Below are positions 48,140-60,796 of a stretch of DNA of 64,000 bases, one piece after another (positions within the stretch are counted from its first letter, which is position 1; the number at the start of each line of letters is the position of its first letter). Location: the NCBI GenBank assembly GCA_965113315.1, contig OZ220366.1; one strand, given 5' to 3'. The stretch comes from Podarcis vaucheri. Its lineage: Eukaryota. The position numbers were made by a program, and so were the translations under genes. Below the pieces are notes generated by a model. The model ran no database searches, was not told the DNA's origin, and saw only the letters and a program-made list of their open reading frames with translations.

Positions 48140-48774
48140 GTATGAATAAAAACTTAATATTCTTGGAATAAAAATTGTCCTGACAAAAAAATTGTCCTGT
48201 CAAACAGCTCTTCTGTCAAAACGTTATTCCTAATGTTTAGTTAGAATTCCCTACTCTATGGTACTTTAGCTCAAGTTTGTATTTCTCTGCTGAATTATTT
48301 TTTTATATACGCTCTCCATATATTATCTGCCAATAATTCCATTGCCACATTCAGGGAAGTATGCAATCTGGTGGGTTGCCAAATTACAATCCACACATTG
48401 GTCCCCAGACATGTAGATCAAGTCGTAGCTATCAAATTCCTCAAACATCCCAAATCCAATTTACACTTTCATTGTCTTGTTTTGTTGGATCTTAAAATAC
48501 TGATGGTTTTAATAAGTGGTAAGATAGTTAAAGGGTTTTGAACAGAGAGGAAATGTCAGTGTTTCTTCAAAAGGGTAGCACTATTGCCCAACAAATTTGC
48601 ATTTACCGGTGTTGATTACATTTGTATTCTTCAGGAGCAAGTGTGCTGTTATAATAAACCTTCTGTTGTTTATTTCAGCTAAGCTGCAGAATAGTAGAGC
48701 GCAACTTGGTAGACGAATCAGTGCGATTCCTATACTGAAACTTAGATCTATTTTTTAAAAATTCTAACTGCATT

Positions 48775-48777
<3 letters not shown>

Positions 48778-48808
<31 letters not shown>
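48778..48808. repeat. (CA)n microsatellite
   Basis: About 15 perfect CA units. Confidence 0.95.
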
Positions 48809-48809
<1 letters not shown>

Positions 48810-50201
48810 CCTAAATGCATATTAACCGAACCCATTAACTACCTGAGCACTCTTGTAGTTCAAATGCAATTTCTAATCCTACCTAATTCACCTGATCTGT
48901 GAGCTTAGTTCTTATATTCCACTCTGTCACTATTTCTACAGATCTCTTTTGGTACCCAACTCTAATTTTTACCACACTGAATTAGCTCACTTTTCTACTC
49001 ACCTGTGCCAAATTTAAGGTGTGCAGCATTCTTTTTTTAAAAAAAATAAAATTATCCTTTTTGCTAGCAAATTTATGAATTCTCTCCTTGCCTCTCTCTC
49101 TGTGCCCTTGATGTAGTTCTCTATATATTCTAGCACTTGTCCATTTCTCTCCCCCCCTTTTTTTTCTTTTTGTAAATCTACCAAAGAATAATATAAAATA
49201 AAATCTGGATTAAGGGCGGTTTTTTTCAGGATGGTTGAGGGCATGTGTGCTGCATCCTATTGGTGTCATGGTGGTAGCACTCATTCTGCATCTGATGATG
49301 CTCTGCAGGGGGAGACACTAAAAAGGGGGGAGGGTTAAGAAGGGTCAGTTGGGGGGAGTGAGAAATGTCCCTATTTTCAACTGAAGAATGTTTGATGATA
49401 TGCCATGAGACACAGTTCACTTTGACACAGTCTCCCAACTTCATATTACCAAGAAATAATAAATATGTGTGACCTATTTTATTTTATTTTATTTTTGAAG
49501 GTCGGGTTCCAGCTGTATCATACCCAGTCAGCTCTTAGCAGCTTTCAGTCCAGACACAGCAGGAACAGAAGCAGCAGGCAATGCCTGGAGCAGTAAAGGA
49601 GTGACTGGGAGAAAGACTTTTTCTTCTGCTGCTGGTATGGCTTTTACACTATCAAGCTGATATGGCAGTGCTGACCATTTTAGGTATGCCAAACTCAAAA
49701 ATTCTTGTAGCTTTTACTAAATAAAGCTCAACAACTCTGGGGTTTGCCTAAAAACGGCTCAACAACTTTCAGGGTGTCCTGGGTGTCCTGTTTCTTACTT
49801 TTCAAAAAATGGCAACCGTAACAATTCCCAAGCATTTATCACATTTTGTATTCTTACAAATATTCCCCTAAAGGCATGAGATACTGTATTGTGGGAAAGT
49901 ATATAATGTGTGTTTGATAGAGTTAAACTGGATTTTTAAAGAGTTTTCCTAGAGCAGAAGGGACATGGGGTGCTGAAATTCAGAGGAAGGGTAAATAGAG
50001 GGGGGAGAGAGAAAGAGAGAGATGGAGCAGCAGAATAAATTGTAGGATTTTTTGCAGGGCGGGTGGTTTTCGAGAAAGGCAGCAGTAGCACTTTTTCTTC
50101 CAGAGCTACATAGGCCTCAGGCATCAAACTTGGGGTGATATGGTTGGTGAATTGGGGGGGCATTTGTTTACCTCTGTGAAGTATAAGAAGTTGAGCAAGC
50201 T

Positions 50202-51040
50202 GAGATGGGGAGAAATTTGATTCAGTTCACATTTAAGAACAGATTGATCAAACTCACACTTACGGAAACAATGTGTGAGAGAAAATAGAATCATTCTTCA
50301 AATTTTGCATTTATCCAAATGTTGTGATGCAGCTCTCCAACCAACCGGTGTTTACAAAAATGCATGCAGTCAACTTGCATCATACAAAGGGTTTCAGTTC
50401 CGAGGGTTATGTGTATGCACAAAAATCACATAAAGCCAAAATTACCTTTGGAGCACCCCTGGAGCTAAGCAGCCCACTTCCTATGAGAGGGAGGATCAGA
50501 GATTGAAGGAAGCTAGAAGCCCCAAGCAGCTCTGGTAATATGGTGGCTCTGAGAGTGCATCCCCACCACTCCCAGAGCCACAGGGACTCCACTCGCAAGG
50601 TGCACCAAGCAGGAATTGCTCGGGAAGAAAGGCTGATAACTTTAATAGCTTCCTATTCTTGCACTGAGTTCACTTGGGGTTTCCAACTATCACTTCTGAT
50701 CCTTCCCCTCACGGGCCTGCCTCCAACCACATATGGATGAAATAATATATGTTAAATGTGTGTAAGATGTGGGTTTACTGTATATTAGAGAAAAGGGTGC
50801 GTTAAAAAAATAAAACATTAGTGAAAATAACATACAAAAGTGTGTTATGAAAAATTGCTTGCAGAATTGTGCACATTAGTCAGACTTGCCTACAAAAATG
50901 TGCTTATTGGGAGAATTCTGTACTAAAATGCTGTTGAATTGTCTTTATTTAAAAGTTACAAATTGCTGCAGAAATGTGGAGAACTGAATTTAAGATGGGG
51001 AAAATGAGAAACGGCCAACATCTCCAGATCCTTCCATCCA
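50202..51040. mobile_element. AT-rich non-autonomous DNA-transposon-like element (host of a nested MITE)
   Basis: Termini gagatgggg / ttccatcc. A related antisense end ttcttccccatctcta lies near 57250-57265, with a similar start near 35750. Confidence 0.45.
50367..50780. mobile_element. Old Tigger-like MITE nested in the 50202-51040 element
   Basis: TIRs cagtcaacttgcatcatac versus reverse complement cagtaaacccacatcttac (14/19 match), TA on the right, internal inverted repeats. Confidence 0.55.
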
Positions 51041-51086
51041 CAGGAGAAGGTTGTACTTCGAAGGTGTAATGCACTGTAGCTTAGCC

Positions 51087-51222
51087 CAGGCTTCCTCAAC
51101 CTCAGCCCTCCAGATATTTTGAGACTACAGTTCCCATCATCCCTGACCACTGGTCCTGCTAGCTAGGGATCATGGGAGTTGTAGGCCAAAAACATCTGGA
51201 GGGCTGAGGTTGAGGAAGCCTG
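51087..51222. mobile_element. Young palindromic hAT MITE
   Basis: Perfect 29-bp TIRs and perfect 8-bp TSD GCTTAGCC (51079-51086, 51223-51230). Degraded relatives near 13460, 14680, 40600, 51425 and 61900. Confidence 0.95.
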
Positions 51223-52779
51223 GCTTAGCCAGCCAGGAACAAGAAGAATTATTCTGGCACATGTCTGCCAGGTAGAAGCCATCATTTCACAACCCTCAGA
51301 GATATGATCTGTGTAGAGTGCCTTTTGGGAGGCGGGAAATACCAACTTCCCATCTGAACAGCTTTTTCTGGCTGGGGAAAATAGAAAGCAACTGTCATCA
51401 CCAGGTTACATCTATCCATCTAAGCCAGTGATGGGTTGCCTGTGGTCCTCCATATGCTATGCAATTACAACTCTCACTATTTCCGGTTTTGGCTAGTCTG
51501 CCTGGGGGCAACTTATGGAATGTAAAGGTTTCTCCATCTCAATTTGATTATTTATCTCCTCAAAAATCAACCTTAATCTTTCAGAGTACCAAACTTACCA
51601 TGCTGTTTCTACAAGTTGTTAAAACAAAGCCCTTTTATCAAACATTTATGCTTCCCAAAAATATATACTTACTAATACAAAGGCAAGGTTGTACGCATGT
51701 ATTATTTTTTATTCCACTTACTGTGAGAAATGTAGCACCATGTTTATTTACAGCATCCATTTTCTTTCCAGTTTTTTTAAAAAAAACTTTATGTTTATTT
51801 CAAAGGGTTCCACTCAAACAGGATATGCAGAGTCCAGTAATAGGATTATTTTTCCTATCAGGTTTATATTAGATTTTCACAGTATGGAGATTTCTACCCT
51901 GCATCATTTTCCTACTGTTAATTTAGTGCAAGTTCATGTTTAAAATTTGCATTGGTAGGCAAGGAAAGGATTGACTCTGATCTGCTACTGCTACCCTAAG
52001 GTGTAAGATAATGCTGTACTCTAGACAAGGGAAATAGCAAGCCCAAAATATATTTCTCAGAACGATATATTTGCTTTCAACTTTCTGAAAACAGGATTTG
52101 AGGAAGATCTACCTTAAGGGCTAAAGTTCTGTCTGCAGATGCCATATTTGATCTCTTGGATTTACTCTTCCTACCTGAAAAAGTTATCAATTATTTCAGA
52201 TGGGAAATTGGCAGAAAAGAGCACAGCACAATTTTGGCAATTGTAGCAGAGGCAATGGGGTCAATTTAATTCACCATTTACATAGCTAAGGTGTCCAGAG
52301 CTATGTGTATTCTGCACTTCCATAATCACCTCATGCAAGCAAGGATCTCCATGTGCAGAAATCAGTATATAACCTCCCCCACCTAGCACTGATTGAAAAG
52401 GGGGAGAATCTCCTCCACTTCCCAAATGGCTGCAAATATATTTTCTGAGAATGCTTTTTTAAAAAAGTTTGTTGTTATATTTTTCTCCCAACTTTCAAGG
52501 AGCTCAGATTGGAGTATATGCCTCCCCCCCCATTTTATCCTCACAACCACCATATTAGATAGATTAATTAGGCTGATAGCTAGCAACAGGCCCAAGTTCA
52601 TCCAAATAGGTCAATGGCCAGAACTGCCCAGTCCTAGCCTAACTACTATACAACACCAATTCGAATACCATACTGACAATGCCAGTAGCTTGTGAAATCT
52701 GAAAGGCACGTGGGTGGCTGAGCATAATTTATAGTGGCCAAGGAGCTAGAACTGAAGGGAGGTGTATGCGTGGCTTTCA

Positions 52780-53420
52780 TTGTACCTGATCCAAAAGTTG
52801 CAAATAGTACAGAATGCAGTGGCCAGACTGCTGACAGGAACAGATTACCGGCAACATGTTTCTCTTCTGCCGAGAGAGCTGCACTGGTTGCTGATTTTCT
52901 GCTTACCCAAGTTCAAGGTTCTTGAGTTAATTCAGAAAGCCCTTAACAAATTGGGCTCAACGTTCCTTGAAGACTACCTGATACCTTATAGTCCACCTTG
53001 TTCACCGATAAGGCCCTTTTGATGGTTTCCATGTGTCTGAGGTTCAGTTGCCCATCACTAGAAGCCAAGTCATTAGCATGGCAGGCCCTGCCTTGTGGAA
53101 ACCATCTCTATAGAAGTTCAGCAGGAACCATCCTTACCTTCTTTCAGGTGGCTTCTGAAAGCTGTATTCTAGTGGTACTTCTACTTACGAATGCAATCCG
53201 TTTTGGGGTGCCGTTTGCACCCCAAAAAGCCCGAAAGTAAAGCGCCGTTACTGCGTGTGCACGAAGCACCATAGAGCACTTCTGCGCATATGCGAAGCAC
53301 ACAGATTGTTTCTGTGCATGCACAAAGCATGCAGATTGCCACATACGTAACCCAAAAAACCGCAACGCGAAGCAAACGTAACACAAGGTATGACTGTATT
53401 TAGAAAGGCCTTCACAATAC
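52780..53420 (+). mobile_element. Older L2 3' fragment, split by a MITE
   Basis: KLQIVQNAVARLLTG, LHWL, FKVL.LI.KAL. The 3' UTR-like ttagaaaggccttc resumes after the insert. Confidence 0.75.
53170..53396. mobile_element. Tigger-like MITE inside L2
   Basis: Termini agtggtact / ggtatgactg followed by TA. CpG-rich interior with ttctgcgcat repeats. Confidence 0.7.
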
Positions 53421-55496
53421 AGATATTCTTCTTTTCAACCAAACAGTATCTAGTGATATTTTATGGATATTTATAGACTGATTTTATTGTATATAGTATG
53501 TATGCATGTATTTAAATTACATGCAACCCTTCATTATGTTTACAACATAAAAAGCTTTTTTGTGTTCTAAGTTGTCTTGAGATATTTTGTGAAAGTGCAG
53601 ATTATAAACAGTTAAGTAAATAAATAAATCCGGCTTCCCTGCTCAACAGATTCCCTTTTTTTACCCCCCTCCCAAAAAAACCCCTGTGCATGAACCCTAC
53701 TGACCTCTCTTTCTCAATGGTCCCCCCCCCTGAAATTTCAGGGAGTTTTGGGTATTTTGTAACATGGATAGTGAAAGAATGAAGGGCACTGAAACTATTC
53801 TGACGAAAATCTCTAACACTTTCTAGGTGACTAAAAGATTTTGCAATCTAATTTTGCCCCATTGTTAAAGTTAATTAAGGTCTCAGCCACGAAGCAATTC
53901 CCCAGGTTTTGCAGCAGTGAAACATTTTTCCTCTGGACCAACAATCTGTATAGCCAAGAGTAAGTTGATTAGTCTTGCTTTGTAATAGGGGTTAGCACCT
54001 TATCCTTTTATATTTTTGAAACTGTTTTCACTCAAGGGATGTGGTGCACTGACTGCTAGCGTGGACCCTCTGAAATGAACAGCGACTCCAGGAACAATTC
54101 ATCATGGTGGATCATACCCAGTCTCTGCATTTCTTTAGGCTGCACTGGCAAAAATCCCAGCAGTGTCTGCCCCCCCCCAACTATCTCTCCCCCCTTTTGC
54201 AAGCTTGCTAGGCACTCTAATCCTATTATTGCAAAAATAGATAGACATTTTTCCAAACAGCAGGTGCAAGAAAATAAACTGGCCAGGAGCAGGGAATAGC
54301 TTTTGCAACAATATATTGCTTTAACCAGTGCTTCACCTCTCTAAATCTCTGAACATAAATCTTTCCAACTAAGTATATGAAAAATAGCTTCATAAAATAG
54401 CTTTAAAATAACAGCAAAACTCTGTCGCAAGGAATCCTATGGCATAATTAATATTTTCATAAGTTTTATTTCCAGAACTTTGAGGGGTGCCTCTTCCATT
54501 CTCCAACATAAATTCCTTCATTAAAATGGTAAATCTCTTACAGTGAACAAATCCCTCATTTGAGTGAAAAATCTTGGGGCAGCATAGGTTATTTTAATGG
54601 GTGATACATTTTAAATCTAGTCTTCACAGCCTGTTGTATCTGCTTCTCAATAGGTGTGGGGGTGTAGGATGAATAGGGAAGATGAAAATGATGTACGTGC
54701 ATGTGTGTTTATTCAATCAAGTATGTGTTACGTTTTCATTCTGAGTTGGAATCTGAGGAAGGAGGGATAACATTCAACACACCATTAAATACCCCCTTTT
54801 ACATTCCTTTTAAAACCTTCTGATAAGGGAAGAGTGAGTTTCTATGACGCTGGATGCTGAGCTATTCATTTTAATGGCACATGGATTAAATACCCTTGGT
54901 GCTACTGTTCATGACATGTTCCAAGTATATACAGGGCAGGAAGCTCTGTATGTATATGTAACAGGGGAAGTGGGGAAATATGCTTCAGAGCCTCTTGAAT
55001 ACGCCTCAATTTTCTCTCCAGGCAAAATGTCTTAAGTGTAATAGGATAGATTTACTTCATATCCTCGAATTCTTTTGACTGGAAGGAATTCAGTACGTAA
55101 CAATTGTGGAGTTAGCACCTGCATACAAAGTGGCACACAGTTGCTCTCCCCACGCAACTCCTTTCAAAGGCTAGAGCATCAGTGCTAGTTTAGGCCTGAT
55201 TCAAACTATTGTTTTAGAATGCTCCGTATCACATCTGCTGTGTTTTCGCAAGGCCCAAATTAGTTCTGGATTAGGTGAATGTGAGGCTACGCCAGATCTA
55301 ATTTTGTGCCATGTGTTTTCAATAAACATGAGAGCAACTTGTAGCAAAATAAACACTGGACAGCAGGACTGGATTAACTACCAGGCCAAATATTGTATAG
55401 AGCAAGTCCCAAGTTCAACTGCCCTGTAATGTTATTAGGAATCCTCTTGAATTTTTCCTCATCTGTCTCTCTTCTAAGATTCTGCAGTTTTGAATT

Positions 55497-56343
55497 ACCT
55501 GCCCCTATTCAAATACCCAAACCACGGCACTCCCCGCTTTGCTTTTGTGCTTCAAGAACTGCAACCACCCCCAAAAATGAAGACACAGTGACACAGGGTT
55601 TTTAGTTTAAGTTATTGGGCAAAATTTAGCTCACAACTTTAATGAATACAGAATGTGAGTGGTATTGGCTTAGGCATTGGTATCATCCAAACTATATCAG
55701 ACTCCCATCCACATCACGGGGAATCTGATAAAAGGGTGAATCACCACCAGAGGGAGCCCCGCCGATGCGGACCAACTCAAGCTCACCCCCGGTGCCCCTG
55801 TGGGGTCCTGGTATGGCCCTAGCCCCTACTGCTGGGTTTCGGACAAGACCCAGGTCAACCCCTGATTCCTTTAATGAAATACCCTTGAGCTTGGAGTGAC
55901 AGGTGATGGCCGCATCTCACCTCCCCACACATTGCTGATCCAATGCCTAACAGCAAATCTTACAAAGTTGTGACAATTGCTGTGCAGTAGGTGAAAAGCA
56001 AATGGCTCTGCCAATCTGCCAGATGGAAAAATTCCTACCAGGCCCCCATTGCAAAACAGGTGACCAACAACATCCATAGCAAGGCTAACACACCAGATAA
56101 AAGGGGCGGGCGGGCGGGCAGGTGATCCGCTGCGCAAAGGCAAAGAAGTCCAGCAAATTTCGCACAGGGATTAAATAATGTTTCGTGGCCACCCTCCAAG
56201 CCAAGCCATTGACTTTAGGGAACAAGGGACCATGAAACAACCAACCAGAGTGGAGCAGGGCATAGCCCTGCCCACACCAGGAGGTGGGAGATGCCTGGGG
56301 GCCCGAGCACAACGCGTACCCTCCTTGAAGAGGATCCGATTTT
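55497..56343 (-). mobile_element. LTR-like structured repeat, copy 3
   Basis: Same collinear blocks, minus-strand ATTAAA at 55638-55643, right end gaggatccgattt. No clear TSD. Confidence 0.75.
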
Positions 56344-57469
56344 CTAAATTCTGCACAGAATGTAGTTTACAGCACCTTTTAATACCCCCTCTTTCTACAT
56401 TACAGATGTAGGTGTATATATTAGGACACCATGAAGCATACTACAAAAACCTCTTTGTGTCTTTCAGTGTAGTGTCTTTTAGTGATTCTCATGTACGCTC
56501 TCAAATATTGCTAAATCATTACACTGAAACAAAAACCTGTACATGGCCATAATTTACAATCATATCAGGATTGCTGTTTTGCATACAAGCTCACTGGCAA
56601 TGCAAAGTGGCAGAAAGATGCAAATTAACTATAGAAACAGAAGCTACTTGGGAAACTGCACATGTACCAGCTTATTGGAATTATTCTTTAAAATTGCCAT
56701 AGTTAAAATGGATTGCAAGATTACTAGGCCAGAGTGAGCCTGAGGAGCAAAAAAGAAAATGAACATGGAAATTTGAGTCCTCTTGACTCACATGACAGGT
56801 GTTGCTTGGCCATGTTTTTACACTGCCCCCCTCCAAGTCTCATGTCTCCTCCCAGAACTGATGTTACCAAATTGCTTTGGTAGGGTTATAGCAATCTAAT
56901 TCCATCATGTTTCAGTTCCACAGGTCATTTCTGTCCCATCTGATGTGGTTTTGAAAGAACACAAGAGAAGTCCTCATTTAAATTGTATGCATTTTGTACA
57001 TATTTATTTACATACATTATTTCCTTTTTATTTAAACTATGCATTTCTCAATGCTTTCCGTGCATTTCTTTCCTGTAGAGTGTGCATGTTTATGCATAAT
57101 ATGTATGTTTGTGTATTTTCTGTGCAGTGAAACTGCATCACAAAATTGAGGGAATAATGCAGGCTTGCTGGGAGTTGTGTTTCCATGTGCCAACAAGTCC
57201 AGGGGTATCAGATTCCATCAGTTCACTGCAAAAAGTGGATGTAACTAATTCTTCCCCATCTCTATTATGGGGGGTGGGTGGAGAACCTCTAGACTGCAGG
57301 CCTAATTAGGGCACTCCATTCGGCTCGCAAGGCACATTTGGACAAGCCACGCCTACCTTCCCTACAGCTGCCATCATATATGACATCCTATACAAGGTGT
57401 TGGGTAGGTAAAACAAATTCATTAAAAACAAGTCTGCCAGTGTCTTGAACAGAACGGTGAGTACTGCTT

Positions 57470-57640
57470 CTAGTATCACAGTCTGCCTCTTAATACCAGT
57501 TGTCCCGGAAGATGAATGGGGACATTGCTGTTGCACTCATGTCCTGTCTGCAGGCTTCCCATAGGCATCTGGTTGATGTCTACGTGAGCAAGATGCTGGA
57601 GAAGATGGGCCATTCACTTAATCCAGTGTAACTCCTTTTC
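57470..57640 (+). mobile_element. Old CR1-related 3' UTR fragment
   Basis: ataccagttg...ggcttcccataggcatctggttg...gatgctgga...gatgggcc, homologous to 20120-20300. Confidence 0.5.
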
Positions 57641-58309
57641 TGTGAGGTGAAAATATTACCTGTGGACAAGTACTCTGTAGGTTCAAGATAATTTTATCGT
57701 AATGAATTTTTAATTTACTTAGTTCTGTACAGATTACCTGCATGTACCCTTGCTGAATAACAACAATAGCTGCACATTTTATCAAAATAAGCAAAGCAAA
57801 TTGTCATTCAGAATATTGAACTATTTATCAGGTATTTCAATGGCAGACCGTACATGCTTTGTTCTATCAAGGACATCTTGAAAAGTCTGCACTAATGCAC
57901 GTTCCCCATTTCCATATAACTGCTTCATCACTTCTTAAATATACATATATATATTTATCCAATAGGTAGTGTAAACAAATCCAAGACCTACATAGCAAAA
58001 TTTTGCATGTAGAGAAGAACTTGTTGAAGTATGCCCTTGGGAACAAGGTTAAATTCCATTTGTAGTTCTGCTATAAGAGCACGCTAGTATTTGCTCTGAA
58101 AAGCAAATAATGAAGGAAGGGGGAAAGCTGAAGAGAATTTTAACTGTGTCCAATAAAATGCAATCAGATTTACCTGAGAGCAAGACTCAAGTTGCTGTTT
58201 AAGATTAATAGGGAAGCGTAGAGTTCTCAACCAGCAGCCTGCAGGGTAAGAAGGAACACAGGGAGCTACTGTATATAAGATCAGACGTCCATGTTGGGCA
58301 GTTTTGTCT

Positions 58310-58460
58310 ACTGTGATTGGCAGCAGCTCTCTATACCCTGAAAAATAAGTCTCTCCCACCAGCTGTTATCTGTTCCTTTCAAACTGAAGATGTCAAGGAT
58401 TGAGCTTGGACCTCCTTCACACAAAGCATGTGGTCGACCACCAAACTATTGTTTTCCCCC
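58310..58460 (-). mobile_element. Degraded tRNA-derived squamate SINE
   Basis: ggattgagcttggacct...caaagcatgtg is an antisense tRNA-like head, related to 21030-21160. Confidence 0.5.
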
Positions 58461-58509
58461 ATACAAAACTTTGGAGGTACCAGTGTATCTATTTTCTGGC
58501 CACAAAAAG

Positions 58510-58813
58510 TGAGATCCAGCGCTGAGGACCTTCTGGCGGTTCCCTCACTGCGAGAAGCCAAGTTACAGGGAACCAGGCAGAGGGCCTTCTTGGTAGTGGC
58601 ACCAGCCCTATGGAATACCCTCCCAGCAGCTGTCAAAGAGATAAACAACTACCTGATGTTTAGAAGCCATCTGAAGGCAGCTCTGTTTAGGGAAGTTTTT
58701 AATGATTGCCATTTTAATGTATTTTTAATGTCTGTTGGAAGCCAGCCAGAGTGGCTGGGGAAGCCCAGCCAGGTGGGTGGGGTATAAATAATAAATTATT
58801 ATTATATTATTAT
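58510..58813 (+). mobile_element. L2-clade LINE 3' end with TAT-rich tail
   Basis: RAFLVVAPALWNTLP and FRSHLK are L2 C-terminal motifs. 3' UTR ends ggggtataaataataaattattatt. Confidence 0.85.
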
Positions 58814-59080
58814 AAGCAACTTTGGGTTCAGCTGGCAGAGCCGGATGCAGACTGCCACCAACATTTCTCCTTCCTGAGGTGGCAAAAGATAGGAGGATAC
58901 AGGAACATAGGAAGCTGCTCATACCAAGTCATGGGCCATGGGTCCGTATTGAATACATTGTCACTGAGCTACGGCTCTTCTCAAACCATAGGGCATACAG
59001 AAGAACAGGGAGCTGTAGGGAGGAGGGAGACAAGGAAATACTTTTCTCCAAGGGGGACTTGAAACTGCAGCAGAAGGTTC

Positions 59081-59227
59081 CAGTGGCGTAGCGTGGGGGG
59101 TGCAGGGATGGCCGGCTGCACCGGGCACAACATCTGGGGCTTAGGGTTAGGGGGCGCAAATCCATGGGTTAGGGGGCGCAAATTACTTGCCTTGCCCCGG
59201 GTGCTGACAACGCACGCTACGCCACTG
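59081..59227. mobile_element. Young hAT MITE (147 bp) carrying TTAGGG repeats
   Basis: Perfect 15-bp TIRs CAGTGGCGTAGCGTG / CACGCTACGCCACTG and perfect 8-bp TSD GAAGGTTC (59073-59080, 59228-59235). Confidence 0.95.
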
Positions 59228-60796
59228 GAAGGTTCTAATGCTAGCTAGCCACTTCTGCAGTTTTAAAAATTAAAAAATAAGTTTTTTAAAACTACAAAAG
59301 ATGGAAGTACCTCGTACAACTGTTAGCAGTGGACGTTGAACTGCCACATGTGCGTACGTGTGTTTAATGGTAAAATATGTATTTTCCATTAGGTTTTATT
59401 CTTCAGGATTTGTGTGGATTTTCCATAAAACACATATACCCATGCCAGACCAGAACAGGGTGCACTTTAGTCCTGTGTAGAACTAGGACAAGTTCATCCC
59501 TGTTCCTTCCTTACAGCATCTTTGAAGGCAACTGACACACCTGTGTCTTGGCCCAGTCCTCCTTGTGTTGTTCTGAGGCATAATTTGACCCTTCTCTCCG
59601 GGGGGGGGGGGGGAAGCCACAGAACTCTAGTCCACTGGCTTGGGTTTGGACTAACATTTAATACTGTGCAGTTGTCTGTTGTCATCTGATGATGACTGTG
59701 ATACTATATACCTCAAATTTCTATTGACAGAAGCACACAGTGTAGCTTTAATTGACTCTTACAAATACATACCAACATCTTTTAAAACATCAGCTTCTAC
59801 CACCAGAAAAGAAGCTTATGGGGTGGGGGTCCTAATGATCAATAATTACCTTTAATGTAATGTTCAGTAATGATCCTTAATCACATTTAATCAAAGGCCA
59901 TGGTACATATGATAATTTCAATAAAAAGAAATCACTAAATGTACCTGACAGAACATGCTCCATGGTAAAAATCTTTGTTCCCTATAGAATCCTGTTGAAC
60001 TTCCAAAGATGTATGTACCTGGATGCTGGCTTCAGAAGATGATTTTAACATGCAGGTGGGTTGATATAGGAGAAAGTGGTCCTTCAGACATCTCAGCCCT
60101 GGCCATTTTCAGCTTTATATACCAAAGTCTGCATTAGAAATAGAAAAATCACATTTATGTGGTTTTCAGTGGTTAGGGACTACAGAACTGAAAGCCTGAA
60201 CTGAAGCTGAAGATTTCTGCAAGACAGCTCAGCCTCCCAAATGTACAAATCAGTTCTACAAAACCAAATCCCACTATGGTAAAATGACTTTTTATATATC
60301 TGTTAGAAAAATGTAGCCGCTGCCCCAATGCTACAGTCGAAGATGGGGAAAATATAGCAGATGAATTAGTGAGCCTAGTAAATTCTTTTATATAAGGATT
60401 GTCCCAGGAGACTAGTATTTTATGTACTCCCCAGGGTGCATAAATCAGTGTTAACTCTACTTGGCAAGCCCGCTAAAGAATTGATTTACTAACTTAGCCA
60501 ATTTAACAGTTTATATACCTTTTCCACATACAACCTGATACAGATGCTCCATTTTTACATTTAAAGCACCACAGATGTTGATCAGAAACTCTGTCTAAGA
60601 AGAGGAAAATGAACAGGCTACTTGTCAATTTTGTGTTCAGTAATGTGTTTTAAAGTAGATGTAGGAATACCCACTTGGTTGTGTAGAACAACTTTTTGTT
60701 CTGCAGCTTAAAAAATAAGTCAAAACTAAAATAAAGCTGGTGGTATAAAACTAAAATAATTCTGAATCAGTTTTGTGCACTAATATACTCCTTATC

